Source: an uncultured Planctomycetota bacterium (GTDB taxonomy: Bacteria > Planctomycetota > Planctomycetia > Pirellulales > Lacipirellulaceae). From it: a stretch of 64,000 nt of DNA. The stretch is from contig CAVRBU010000002.1 in NCBI GenBank assembly GCA_963719315.1, forward strand, positions 1,216,001 to 1,280,000, given 5' to 3'. The position numbers were made by a program, and so were the translations under genes. Numbering within the stretch: position 1 is the first letter of the stretch; every line of letters starts with the position of its first letter. The notes beneath the pieces are model-generated. The model did not search any database, had not been told where the DNA came from, and worked only from the letters and a program-made list of their open reading frames with translations. This document shows, piece after piece, positions 50,897 to 60,587 of this stretch.

Positions 50897-53525
50897 TCAG
50901 CCCACGACCTCGCGTGGAATCGCTGGATGCACGGCAATGAACACACCGCAAGGCGCATGTGCGACCAAATACGACATCCAATCTTCGCTCCCCTGTGTCG
51001 CGGGTTTCCAAGAAGGTGACGGCGCCGGCAACACGATCGCATCGTAATTGCCTTCTCGGCTAAAACGCTCGATCTCGATGCCCGTTTGCGGTTCTGCAGC
51101 GATTATGTTCAGCGGCCGCCCCAGTTGCGCGGCCCATTCTCGATCTTTCGCCAGCGTATCGTGTCCATTAGTGATCACCGGTTCAATCGTGGCGGCGCGA
51201 ACGATGCCGAGTTCGACCGTACTCGAAACCATCGTCAACAGCCATTCGAACACATCGCTGCTCATTTGCGTGCCATCGTGTACGAACAACACGCGCCGCA
51301 CGCCGATACCGGCATCGCGCAGCTCGGCCACCGAGCGGGCCCGACGTTCGACGGCTTTTGGAATGCGGTTGCCGCCATCCAGATCGAACGTCAAGTCGCG
51401 ATCCTGGCTGACGACGTGCACCGTCAATCCCTGTGGTGTGCCCCCGTGCAAGTTGATCCAATAAAATGCGATCTGATCGAGCTGCTCTTCGACCGTGTAC
51501 TTGTTCGAGGCCCCGACCAACACCTCTTGGCACGGCAAGTCCTTCGCGGTGTTCAGCACGGCGTGCAGCGCGTTATTCGTGGGTGCCAACAGCGGCGTAA
51601 CCGACTTGCCAAGCCGCTCTGCGTGATTGACCACTGCGGTCAAAAGTTGTTGATCGTAAGTGTCCAGCGGATCGCCGGCGGGTATGGCCGCGCCTGGCAG
51701 CTCGACCTTGGCCGTCATCACGACCACATCCGTCGTTTGCGGGTCGGTATCGGCAAGTGCCTTGTCGAGCATGAACAAATTGTGCGGCGAGCGAATCGCG
51801 ACCAGCTTGCAATACGGCCGCGTGAGTCCCAGGCTTTCCGCCGTGACGCTCTCCACGGCCTCGCGATTGAACTGTTCCACGTGCTCGTGGTGCGCGCCAC
51901 CGCGACGTTTTGAATGGTATTTCTCACTCGCGACGAAGATCGTGAGGAATACACCCGTAAAACTCAGGCCGCTGATCGTCGCGATGGGCTTGGTCGCCAA
52001 ATTCACCAGCGCTGACAAGAGGACGATCAGGAAAACGATCCCCAGGCCGATCGGCACGCGGACGGTGCCCCAATTCACATTCAGCGGCACATAAAACTCC
52101 CGCCGAGTGCGGTCTTTGAAACGCAACACGATCATCGATAGCGTCTTGAACACGAAACTCCACACGACGCCGAACGCGTAGGCCTCGCCCAGAAGTATCA
52201 CGTTTCCGCGGCTCGCCAGAATCGTAAATAATTGCAAACCCGCAATCAGGTACAGCAAACGATAGTTCGTGCCGAACCGAGGGTGGGGGCGGAGAAACCA
52301 GTCGGGCAACACGCCGTCTTCCGCCACGCGACTTAACACGCCGTTCGAGCCGACGATCGACGTGTTCACGGCGCCCGATAGAATCAGAAATCCGACGACT
52401 ACGACAAACGCATTGAGCAGCAACAGCAGCCACACCGGCCCGATCATTTGCATCGCCAGGCCGCCCGATCCAATTGTCGTAATACTGTTGCATCCGCTGG
52501 CTTTCGGGCACCATCAGCACGGCCAAGAAGTTGAACGTGCCGGTCAGCAGCAGGCTGTACACAAAGACAATGAATGCCGCCCGTTTGAAGTTGGGAAGTT
52601 TCGGAGATTCGACTTCGCGATACACTTGTGCCAATGTCTCTTCGCCACTCATCGCCAAGATTGAATGTCCGAAAGCGATGATTACGCCGATCACTCCAAC
52701 GAGGCTCCACCAATGCACTGGATTCCGCAATGGCTCGGCGATTGCTGGGAATCGGCCGAGCACCCCCAGCGGATCCTCTTGTTTACCCGTGATCGGATTG
52801 AGCTTGGGAACTAACCGGCCATCGGCGTCGATGTCCATCCGTTTGCTCAAGTCGGGCTGCCACGACGGCAGCGGATTGACGTGCCCGCGCACCGCGAGTG
52901 TCGCGCCCGACCAGGCCAGCATCACCACGGCCATCAGCGTCGTAGCCATCATGATCTTGAGAGCCTTGCCACTCGATTCATGAATGCCGAGCAAATTCTG
53001 TCTCAGGAAATATATCGTCACTAGGGCGGCTATGGTGACCGAGCCCCAAGCTTTGATGGCTGTGCGTAGCGATTCGTCAATTTCCACACCCGACACGCGC
53101 GCCACGGTTTCCAATATCAGACCGACGATGTATTGGCCGGCCGAAACGCCGCTGATCGGGCCCGTCAGCACATAATCGAAGAGCAGTGCCGATACCGAAA
53201 GCTTCGCCAAGAATCCGCCCAGCGCTTCCTTGACCACTCGATAGACACCACCGCGCACGAACAGCGCGCAGCTTTCGATGTACACCGCCCGCATCGCGTA
53301 GCTGAACAGCAGCACCGTCAGAATGAACCACGGTGCGGCTTTGCCGATTGCGTTCTCGACGATCGCGCCGATGTAATACACCGTGCTCGACATATCGCAC
53401 AGCACCACCGCTGCCGTGCGCCAGAACGATATGAACGTGAACATCACGCTGCTGACGACGACAATCTGCGCAGCGCGACCTGTCGACCGACCTGTCGGTT
53501 GGCCTTCCGAACTCGTAGATGCCAT
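50897..53525 (-). CDS. APC-family transporter, KimA/YdaO-like, with C-terminal USP-like domains (one extra G near 52465)
   Basis: Multiple TMs: 'TFISFWRTAAVVLCD.SSTVYY', 'GGVYRVVKEALG', 'DYVLTGPISG', 'LAMSGEE', 'SGAVNT', 'LGEAYAFGV'. USP-like C-terminus. Preceded by a c-di-AMP riboswitch. Confidence 0.88.
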
Positions 53526-53721
53526 GGAAGCGACCTGGGATGCTTGATCCCGAAAAAGCACTGCGGCGCTTGGCGCTTGATGGATGAATGCGCGAAGGAA
53601 CTGCCTCGGTATCTCGAGGCGTCATGTCGGGAATTTGCGGATCAATCGATCCGCACCGTCGCGGCGCACCATTCAGGAGAGCGGAAGTGCCTTTCAAATC
53701 GGCCCGGGCAACGCGCTCGAG

Positions 53722-53868
53722 CAGGCCGACGGGGTTAGCTGACGGGCTAGAGCTTGAAAGTACTCCGAATCGCTACGGCGAGTCTGCGCCCCGGCACCTA
53801 TCGCGGCTAGCGCCGCGGCAGATGCGTTGGTTCCCCCGCTCTCACATAATCGGCGTGAGATTAGGCTA
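53722..53868 (-). promoter_or_regulatory. c-di-AMP (ydaO/yuaA) riboswitch
   Basis: Minus strand GCCTAATC...AGCGGGGGAACC...GGGGCG...GCCCGTCAGCTAACCCCGTCGGC matches the ydaO consensus blocks; about 200 nt upstream of the APC transporter. Confidence 0.92.
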
Positions 53869-54060
53869 CACGTTGATAACTATAGAACCGCTTCCTCCGA
53901 CGATCAAGTCCTTCCTCGCGAGACCAATCTGAAAGCCAGCCGCCGCCTGTAGTTAGGGCAATAGTTACATTCTGAATGTCCGTGACGAGCGGTTTCACCG
54001 TTGGGCAGTCAAACTGGCCTGGATGTTCCACGATGTTTTCCGCCATAATCGCTGCCCATT

Positions 54061-54834
54061 ATGAGCAACTCTTCACGGGAAAACCCTCGGCAGCGTGTTC
54101 GACGCACTCAGTATCAGACAGCAATTCGCAACGCTTTCGCGTCCCTCGGCCCGGGCGCAATCGCCCTCCTCATGGTCTTGTTGCGCTGGACCTGCCGCGT
54201 GCGAATGCACAACGATCCGCGTCAGGCTTTGGGCGAAGCCGGCGTGCCCTACGTTTACTCGGTTCTCCACGCACAGCAACTGGCCGCTGCTACCTGCGGC
54301 CACCGCGGTACGGCCGCGATGGTCTCCCAATCGCAGGACGGCGCGTTGGTAGCGCTCGGCTTGAAATGCGTCGGCATCATCCCGATTCGCGGCTCCAGTC
54401 GCCGCCGCGGTCGCGACAATGGCGGCCTGGCGGCACTCAATAATCTTATCGAGCATGTTCGCAGCGGCGGCCCGGCGTATCTTGCCGTCGATGGCCCGCG
54501 CGGACCGCGCAACCGCGTCCACAAAGGCATCGCCGTACTCTCCCGACAAGCCAATGCAGCCGTCATCAATGTCGTCGTCGTGCCCAGCCGCCGCTGGATC
54601 ATCAAACGCAGTTGGGACCGCCTGCAAATCCCCGTTCCATTCTGCCGCATCGACACCTATTTCAGCGAGCCGCTTCGCCCACAACCCGGTGAGACCGCGG
54701 AAATCTACCGCCGTCGAATCGAAGCCGACCTCAATGCGCTGGAACAGCTTCACGACCCAACTGAGGCAGCACGTGTAACCCGATCTCGGACTGATTTACG
54801 CGAGCAAAATACCGATAACTCGGCCGCAGCGTGA
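54061..54834 (+). CDS. DUF374 lysophospholipid acyltransferase-family protein
   Basis: 'MVSQSQDG', 'IRGSS', 'AVDGPRGPR', 'SWDRLQIPVPF'. Confidence 0.88.
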   Translation: MSNSSRENPRQRVRRTQYQTAIRNAFASLGPGAIALLMVLLRWTCRVRMHNDPRQALGEAGVPYVYSVLHAQQLAAATCGHRGTAAMVSQSQDGALVALGLKCVGIIPIRGSSRRRGRDNGGLAALNNLIEHVRSGGPAYLAVDGPRGPRNRVHKGIAVLSRQANAAVINVVVVPSRRWIIKRSWDRLQIPVPFCRIDTYFSEPLRPQPGETAEIYRRRIEADLNALEQLHDPTEAARVTRSRTDLREQNTDNSAAA

Positions 54835-54968
54835 TTTGCCTCAGTTCGCCGATCGGAGCCCTGTCTCTTCACTGTGCTCCCGAATCGGTAAATAACGCCC
54901 GAATTCTGACCGGGTACCGCATGCCGAGGGCCACGCAAGTATTTTCAGCTACGCTATAATCAACATCT

Positions 54969-55655
54969 ATGGAACGAACTCGTTTAGTTCGGAATCTGCG
55001 TATTGCAGCGGCCCTACTGTGCCTTGCCGCGTGTGCATTTCTAATCGCAATTTGGTACCGCAGCTATAACTGCTTTGATGTGATTCGCGTACCGCTCCCC
55101 GGTTCACATGGACTTCAGATCATTTCAAGCGATGGCCGGCTGCAGCTTATCGAATATCGACCATCCATCCCAGTTCGCTGGCAATGGAGCAGAGTGACGT
55201 TACAAGCGCTCAATAATGAGCCTGTGATGCTCCAACTGAAGAAGCGATATCAGATGCTTCTAATGTCTCTGGCACGGCAGCTCGCCGAGCAACGACCAAC
55301 CGATTCTTCGCGTGATTTAGAAGCGCAGTTGGAACTAACCAAACGCGACTTTGAGGATTTTCTCGAAGAGCTTAAACAACGGTTGTTGCGCACTTGGCCG
55401 ATTGCGCCCAATACTTCTTCCCCGTCAAGTATTAACATAGGTCCGATGGCAAAAATTCACTTTGGGTTCAGTTATCAGTCGTCGTCGAGCGGCGCAATAC
55501 TCGGAGTTCCGTTTTGGTTTTTGGTTTTGTTGAGCGGAGCGTGTGCTGCACTTATCGGGGTACGATGGCGTCTGCGATTTAGCCTGCGCACAATGCTAAT
55601 CGCCACGACGCTCGCCGCTATCGCGCTGGGTATTGTCACGGCAATGAAGCACTGA
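54969..55655 (+). CDS. Planctomycete-type membrane protein with 'RFSLRTMLIATTL' motif
   Basis: N-terminal TM + 'W.RSY'; C-terminal 'VPFWFLVLL...RFSLRTMLIATTLAAIALG'. Confidence 0.75.
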   Translation: MERTRLVRNLRIAAALLCLAACAFLIAIWYRSYNCFDVIRVPLPGSHGLQIISSDGRLQLIEYRPSIPVRWQWSRVTLQALNNEPVMLQLKKRYQMLLMSLARQLAEQRPTDSSRDLEAQLELTKRDFEDFLEELKQRLLRTWPIAPNTSSPSSINIGPMAKIHFGFSYQSSSSGAILGVPFWFLVLLSGACAALIGVRWRLRFSLRTMLIATTLAAIALGIVTAMKH

Positions 55656-55710
55656 CCTTTCACCTCGCACGCCACAAGCCAATCACAGAAACTTCGCAAA
55701 GGTAGTTTCA

Positions 55711-56043
55711 ATGACCATCGAACAACTCATCTTCATCGGGCTCAACGGCTACGCCCTCGCGCTCGATCGCGAAAGCGGTGAAATCGTGTGGTCCAATAGT
55801 GAAATGAAAAGCGGCTACGTCACGTTGTTGCTGGACTTCGATCGCCTGATCGTTTCCACCAACGGCTACATTTATTGCCTCGATCCGCTTACCGGCAAAA
55901 CGCTGTGGCACAATCCGCTCAAGGGCTACGGCATGGGCTCGCCCGCCGCGCTCGTTTCCGTGCGAGGCCAAAGCTCTCAGACCGTCATCGAGCTGGCTGC
56001 CGCAGCCGCCGCGGCCGCCGCGGCTGGCGGAACTGCAACATAG
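55711..56043 (+). CDS. Small PQQ-like beta-propeller repeat protein
   Basis: 'ALDRESGEIVW', 'YCLDPLTGKTLW'; poly-Ala tail. Confidence 0.8.
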   Translation: MTIEQLIFIGLNGYALALDRESGEIVWSNSEMKSGYVTLLLDFDRLIVSTNGYIYCLDPLTGKTLWHNPLKGYGMGSPAALVSVRGQSSQTVIELAAAAAAAAAAGGTAT

Positions 56044-56169
56044 CCGCGAAACGCCGCATTCGCTGCCTCTGGCAAAGTGCATCGATATGCGCGATAATGG
56101 CGCGGCCGTTACGTCGCGAATGTCAAGATTCGCACTCCCTGCGTCGATCCATTTCGAGAGGCAGCCTCA

Positions 56170-56448
56170 ATGCCTGACCTCACAAAAGCCCGCGTCGCTT
56201 CACTCAGCCCTCGGCAGCGCGAAATCGTGCGTCTCACGAGCCTCGGTTGCACGAGTCACGAAATCGCTGCCATCCTCGGCATGTCGCGGTGGACCGTCGA
56301 GAACCATCAGTTCCAAGCCAAAGAGCGACTCGGCGTCAGCAAAGCGGCTCTCCTCACGCGCGTCGCCATCAAATACAAGATCAGCCCGCTCAACGATGCG
56401 CTGACTAAGTCTGAACTGCGCAAGCTGGCACGCAAAACCGCCAAATAG
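56170..56448 (+). CDS. LuxR-type HTH transcriptional regulator (stand-alone)
   Basis: 'LSPRQREIVRL...G.TS.EIA..LG.S..TVENH'. Confidence 0.9.
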   Translation: MPDLTKARVASLSPRQREIVRLTSLGCTSHEIAAILGMSRWTVENHQFQAKERLGVSKAALLTRVAIKYKISPLNDALTKSELRKLARKTAK

Positions 56449-56630
56449 CGCCGTAGTCGCGGCAATTCTGGCTAACGGCGACCGCTGATAGCATTGCGCT
56501 ACCCATTGCACTGGCGGCTCTTTCGCCGGTTTGCCATACTTCGCCCGCCATCGTGCTGGCGTAGGACTGATGCCTCGCGTCGCGTTCACCGCTCCTCTCC
56601 GGAACGTCTCACCTAGGAAAACTTCCCTCG

Positions 56631-57497
56631 ATGCCCTTTCTCATCCGCTCCAAATCCGCCCGACGCAAAAAGCGAGGCGCGTGGCAACAGGTCGCTCTCG
56701 TCGGTGGCTTCCTGGCCGGACGGCATTTCGTCGGCGCGAACGACCTCCACTACGGCTACTGGATCGACGGCCTGGAGGTGATCATCCGCAATTTGCCGCG
56801 CGCTCAAGAAGAGTATTGCCGGTTCTTGCTGGAACACGTCCCCACCGACGCCAAGCGCATCTTGGATGTCGGTTGCGGCGCCGGCGGCGTGGCCTCGAAG
56901 CTAGTCGCGCGCGGCCACCAGGTCGATTGCGTTAGCCCCAGCGGATTTCTGAACAGCCAGGCCCGCGCCCTGCTCGGCGACAAAGCCCGTATCTTCGAAT
57001 GCAAATACGAGGAATATGATACGACGGAAACCTATGACGCCGTCTTGTTCTGCGAAAGCTTCCAATACGTAAAAATGCAGACCGGGCTCGACAAGGTCGT
57101 CTCGCAGCTTCGCAACGGGGGCAGCTTGGTGATTTGCGATTTCTTCCGGCTTCCCGGCGATGGCCAAAGTCCAATCAGCGGCGGTCATCGCATCAACGAA
57201 TTTCAAGAGATCATCGCCCAGTATCCCTTCCGTCTCGTCGAAGAAATCGACATCACGGACCGCACGGCCCCCACGTTCACCGTCATTGATAGTGCATTCA
57301 GCGAAGTGTTGAAACCCATCTGGGACGAAGTCGACCGCGCAGCCCAATCCACGCGTCCCTGGATCTCCAAGTGCATCAATTGGTTCTTCAAGCACAAGCT
57401 CGAAAAGGTGAAGAGCAAATACTTCACGCACGAACGCAGTGCTGAGAACTTCCAGAAGTATAAATCGTACCGCTTGATGCGCTTCGAGCGGCGGTAG
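56631..57497 (+). CDS. Class I SAM-dependent methyltransferase (lipid/sterol-methyltransferase-like)
   Basis: 'DLHYGYW', 'ILDVGCGAGG', 'ESFQY', 'L..GG.LVICD'. Confidence 0.88.
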   Translation: MPFLIRSKSARRKKRGAWQQVALVGGFLAGRHFVGANDLHYGYWIDGLEVIIRNLPRAQEEYCRFLLEHVPTDAKRILDVGCGAGGVASKLVARGHQVDCVSPSGFLNSQARALLGDKARIFECKYEEYDTTETYDAVLFCESFQYVKMQTGLDKVVSQLRNGGSLVICDFFRLPGDGQSPISGGHRINEFQEIIAQYPFRLVEEIDITDRTAPTFTVIDSAFSEVLKPIWDEVDRAAQSTRPWISKCINWFFKHKLEKVKSKYFTHERSAENFQKYKSYRLMRFERR

Positions 57498-57519
57498 TGC
57501 CCTGGCCATGCGGATTTGA

Positions 57520-57607
57520 TGGGTGGCATGCTCTCCCGCCGCGGCGGGTGAGCATGTCTTGGGCGGAATCACGCCTGCGCCGCAGCGCGGCGAAGGAATG
57601 CCACCCT
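57520..57607. repeat. REP-like palindromic repeat (GGGTGGCATGCT...AGCATG...ATGCCACCC)
   Basis: Inverted ends GGGTGGCAT/ATGCCACCC; related copy at 60481-60575. Confidence 0.6.
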
Positions 57608-57612
57608 GCATT

Positions 57613-57825
57613 TCACCCTGGCGCCCTGCGTCTTGCTTTCTTAGCCGGCTGGAGCGTCGGACGCTTCTTGAGTTCTTCCAGTTCATTGGACAGACGAATG
57701 TGCAGCGGACTCTCGCCGCTCATGCCGTCCAGCATTGCTTCGGCCGTAGCCAGCTCTTCGGGCGTAATTTCTACACCGCCGCGAAATAGAGTACGCCAAG
57801 CATTCGTGATTTCACGTTCGTCCAC
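57613..57825 (-). CDS. Small hypothetical protein
   Basis: GAGG RBS and GTG start overlapping the desaturase end; 'L..ESPL.IRL..ELEEL'. Confidence 0.6.
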   Translation of the reverse strand: MDEREITNAWRTLFRGGVEITPEELATAEAMLDGMSGESPLHIRLSNELEELKKRPTLQPAKKARRRAPG

Positions 57826-58918
57826 ATTTCACCTCACTGAATGGAACCATTCGCTGAAGACGCTCATCCCAAAGTTTCATCCGGGTGCATCGAACACTGT
57901 CCGAAAGACCTAGCGTAACAGCTTGTCGCATCTCGGGCACGACCGCATAGCAGAGCGGCAGATTGTAATTCGGAATTCGGCTTTCCAGATGATGGATGTG
58001 GTGAAAGCCGATATTGCCGGTGAACCATTGCAGCACCCGCGGCAAACGGTAATAGGAACTGCCCTCGAATGCCGCACGAATGAAATCCCAACGATCGTGC
58101 GGCTGCCAATACGCGCGCTCATATTGATGCTGCACGAAAAACAGCCAACTGCCGATCGCTGCGCCCAGAACAATAATCGGCACATGCACGAGTAGAAAAG
58201 GCGCGAGCCCAATCGTGTACCACGCCACGGCCAGGACTCCCAAGATTCCCGCGTTCGTTATGTGCACGCTTCTGCGCTCGCGACGCCAATTGAGCGGCAC
58301 ACGATACGTAAATCGTTGTCGAACGATGAACAACAAGCTCGGCCCGATCACAAACAAAAATAGCGGGTGGCGATACAATCGATATTGAAACCTCGCAAAC
58401 ACGGAGCGGTTAAGATACTCGTCGACCGTCAACACCCACACATCGCCATGTCCTCGGTTCGTGAGGTCGCCGCTGCTCGCGTGATGCCTAGAGTGACTTC
58501 GGCGCCACAAGCTGTACGGCGTCAGAGTGAAGAGACTGCAGAAAGCGCCCAGCGCGTCGTTCGCCCAACGACTTCTAAAAAACGAATGATGACCGCAATC
58601 GTGCTGGATGATGAATACCCGCACCAACAGGCCCGCGGTTGGAATAGCGAGCAGCAACGTAAGACAATACGACCAGGAAACGCTCAGATACATCAAATAC
58701 CAAAGTCCACAGAACGGCGCCAGGGAGTTAAGCACCTGCCAACCGCTCTTTAACTGGTGAGGACGCTTGAACCGCGCCATCGCACCGGTCCAGCTAGACG
58801 TGCCCTCGTCAAGCGGGCTCGAATCCAATGGTTCAATCACAATGCTTCCGTCGCCGCCGCTCAACTGTGGAACACTCTGAATTACTTCCCTGACTGAATC
58901 AGTGTCCGTACTCGACAT
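57812..58918 (-). CDS. Membrane fatty acid desaturase
   Basis: Three His boxes: HDCGH, HSRHH, HHIHH; 'FFVQHQ', 'RIPNYNL'. Confidence 0.95.
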   Translation of the reverse strand: MSSTDTDSVREVIQSVPQLSGGDGSIVIEPLDSSPLDEGTSSWTGAMARFKRPHQLKSGWQVLNSLAPFCGLWYLMYLSVSWSYCLTLLLAIPTAGLLVRVFIIQHDCGHHSFFRSRWANDALGAFCSLFTLTPYSLWRRSHSRHHASSGDLTNRGHGDVWVLTVDEYLNRSVFARFQYRLYRHPLFLFVIGPSLLFIVRQRFTYRVPLNWRRERRSVHITNAGILGVLAVAWYTIGLAPFLLVHVPIIVLGAAIGSWLFFVQHQYERAYWQPHDRWDFIRAAFEGSSYYRLPRVLQWFTGNIGFHHIHHLESRIPNYNLPLCYAVVPEMRQAVTLGLSDSVRCTRMKLWDERLQRMVPFSEVKCGRT

Positions 58919-59204
58919 AAATCATTTCCAATTGCAACCCGCACGAATGACAGCGGAGAGTTGTCGCGGCAGCTTAAGCTTATTCTACCCGCTCGTCGCC
59001 TCTCGCAGGGCTCTGAAATCTGACTTCAGGGTAAAAACTCAGAATGTCCTTACGGTCCCTGAATGGCGTTGATCTCCTCGTAAGGGAACGCAAATCGCCG
59101 TTACCCCTAGCATACGCAACACCTGTCCTCGGGAAAGCGGGTGGCGGCTTTCGTTTTCTGCTATGGGATGACACAATGGGGCGGCCGCGCGGCAACACGG
59201 CGCG

Positions 59205-59252
59205 CGGGGCAGGTATTCCTGACTGCTGGCAGACAAGAATGCCTGTCCCACC
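59205..59252. repeat. REP-like inverted repeat
   Basis: GGGGCAGGTATTCCTG...CAAGAATGCCTGTCCC. Confidence 0.55.
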
Positions 59253-59283
59253 TACTTGACACCCAACGCACAGCACCTTGTGT

Positions 59284-60351
59284 ATGAGCAACCAGGCTCC
59301 CGTACCACCAGCACCCGGTTTTCAATTCGCGAGCGACAACACGGCCGGCATCTGCCCCGAGGCGCTGGCAGCTTTAATCGAAGCCAACGTCGGTGCGACG
59401 GCCTCTTACGGCAACGACGAGTTTACGGCCAAGGTTTCGAGCCGGCTGCGCGAGATATTCGAATTCGAGTGCGAGATATTCTTCGTGTTCAACGGCACTG
59501 CGGCCAACTCGCTGGCCGTATCCACTTGCTGCCAGCCGTACCATAGTGTGATCTGCGCCAACGTCGCCCACCTCGAAACGGATGAGTGCGGCGGGCCGGA
59601 GTTCTTTTCCGGCGGAGCAAAGGTGCTCGTGGCCGAATCGCGCGATGGAAAAATCCTGCCGGCATCGGTCGAGAAATTGATCACCGGCCGCAAGGACATT
59701 CATTACCCCAAGCCGCACGTCATCAGTCTCACGCAACCCACCGAGTTGGGAACGAATTACAGCCTTGACGAAATCATTCAGCTCAGTCATCTCGCGCGGC
59801 GGTTCGGACTGCGGCTGCACATGGACGGCGCGCGGTTTGCCAATTCCCTCGCGACTCTCGGCAAAGCGCCGAGCGAGATCACATGGAAGGCGGGTGTCGA
59901 TATTCTGTGCCTCGGCGGGGCGAAGATCGGCTTGCCGCTGGGCGAAGCGATTCTGTTTTTCAACCAGGAGCTGGCCTCGGAGTTTGCCTATCGCTGCAAG
60001 CAAGCGGGGCAATTGGCGTCGAAGATGCGATTCCTCACCGCGCCGTGGCTGGGCGTTCTCAACGATTCGGTCTGGCTGCGGCACGCCGCGCACGCCAACG
60101 CGATGGCCCAGAGGCTGTCGCAGGGTCTGGCTGAAATCGCAGGCGTACAGATTCTCCATCCGACCGACGTGAACGCAGTCTTTGTCGCGCTGTCGGACGC
60201 CTGCCATCGCAAACTTGCCGAGCGGGGTTGGCACTATTACACATTCATCGGGCGCGGCGGTGCGCGATTCATGTGCTCCTGGGCGACGACCGAGCAGGAT
60301 GTCGATCTGCTGCTGGCCGACATTCGATCCGTGAAGTCACAACAGCTTTGA
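59284..60351 (+). CDS. ltaE: Low-specificity L-threonine aldolase
   Basis: 'FASDNTAG', 'FNGTAANSLA', 'HLETDECG', 'TELGT', 'HMDGARFAN', 'QLASKMRF'. Confidence 0.93.
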   Translation: MSNQAPVPPAPGFQFASDNTAGICPEALAALIEANVGATASYGNDEFTAKVSSRLREIFEFECEIFFVFNGTAANSLAVSTCCQPYHSVICANVAHLETDECGGPEFFSGGAKVLVAESRDGKILPASVEKLITGRKDIHYPKPHVISLTQPTELGTNYSLDEIIQLSHLARRFGLRLHMDGARFANSLATLGKAPSEITWKAGVDILCLGGAKIGLPLGEAILFFNQELASEFAYRCKQAGQLASKMRFLTAPWLGVLNDSVWLRHAAHANAMAQRLSQGLAEIAGVQILHPTDVNAVFVALSDACHRKLAERGWHYYTFIGRGGARFMCSWATTEQDVDLLLADIRSVKSQQL

Positions 60352-60365
60352 ACAGAATGAAACTA

Positions 60366-60436
60366 AACCGCCAAGATCGCCAAGAAAATGCATTGCTGTT
60401 TTTTCTTTCTTGGCGTCCTTAGCGACTTGGCGGTTC
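60366..60436. repeat. GCCAAG/CTTGGC hairpin repeat (possible terminator)
   Basis: AACCGCCAAG..CGCCAAGAAA ... TTTCTTGGCG..CTTGGCGGTT inverted arms. Confidence 0.7.
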
Positions 60437-60480
60437 AGACTGTTGAGTGCTCTAAGAACCGTTTGTTGGTTGTGCAACAT

Positions 60481-60575
60481 CGGGTGGCATGCTTTCGCGG
60501 CCGGAGGCTGCGTAAGCATGGGGCGTAACCCGGTCCGCATGCCTACGCCGTCGGACGGCGAAGGTATGGCGCCCA
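60481..60575. repeat. REP-like palindromic repeat
   Basis: GGGTGGCATGCTTTCGC...GCGTAAGCATG...CATGCC...GGTATGGCGCCC. Confidence 0.6.
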
Positions 60576-60587
60576 GCTCGAAGAATG

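Noticed and set aside
59040..59110. Hairpin upstream of the desaturase as a known riboswitch
   Set aside because: Only a 7-bp stem (CCTTACG/CGTAAGG); no match to a riboswitch consensus I recognise.
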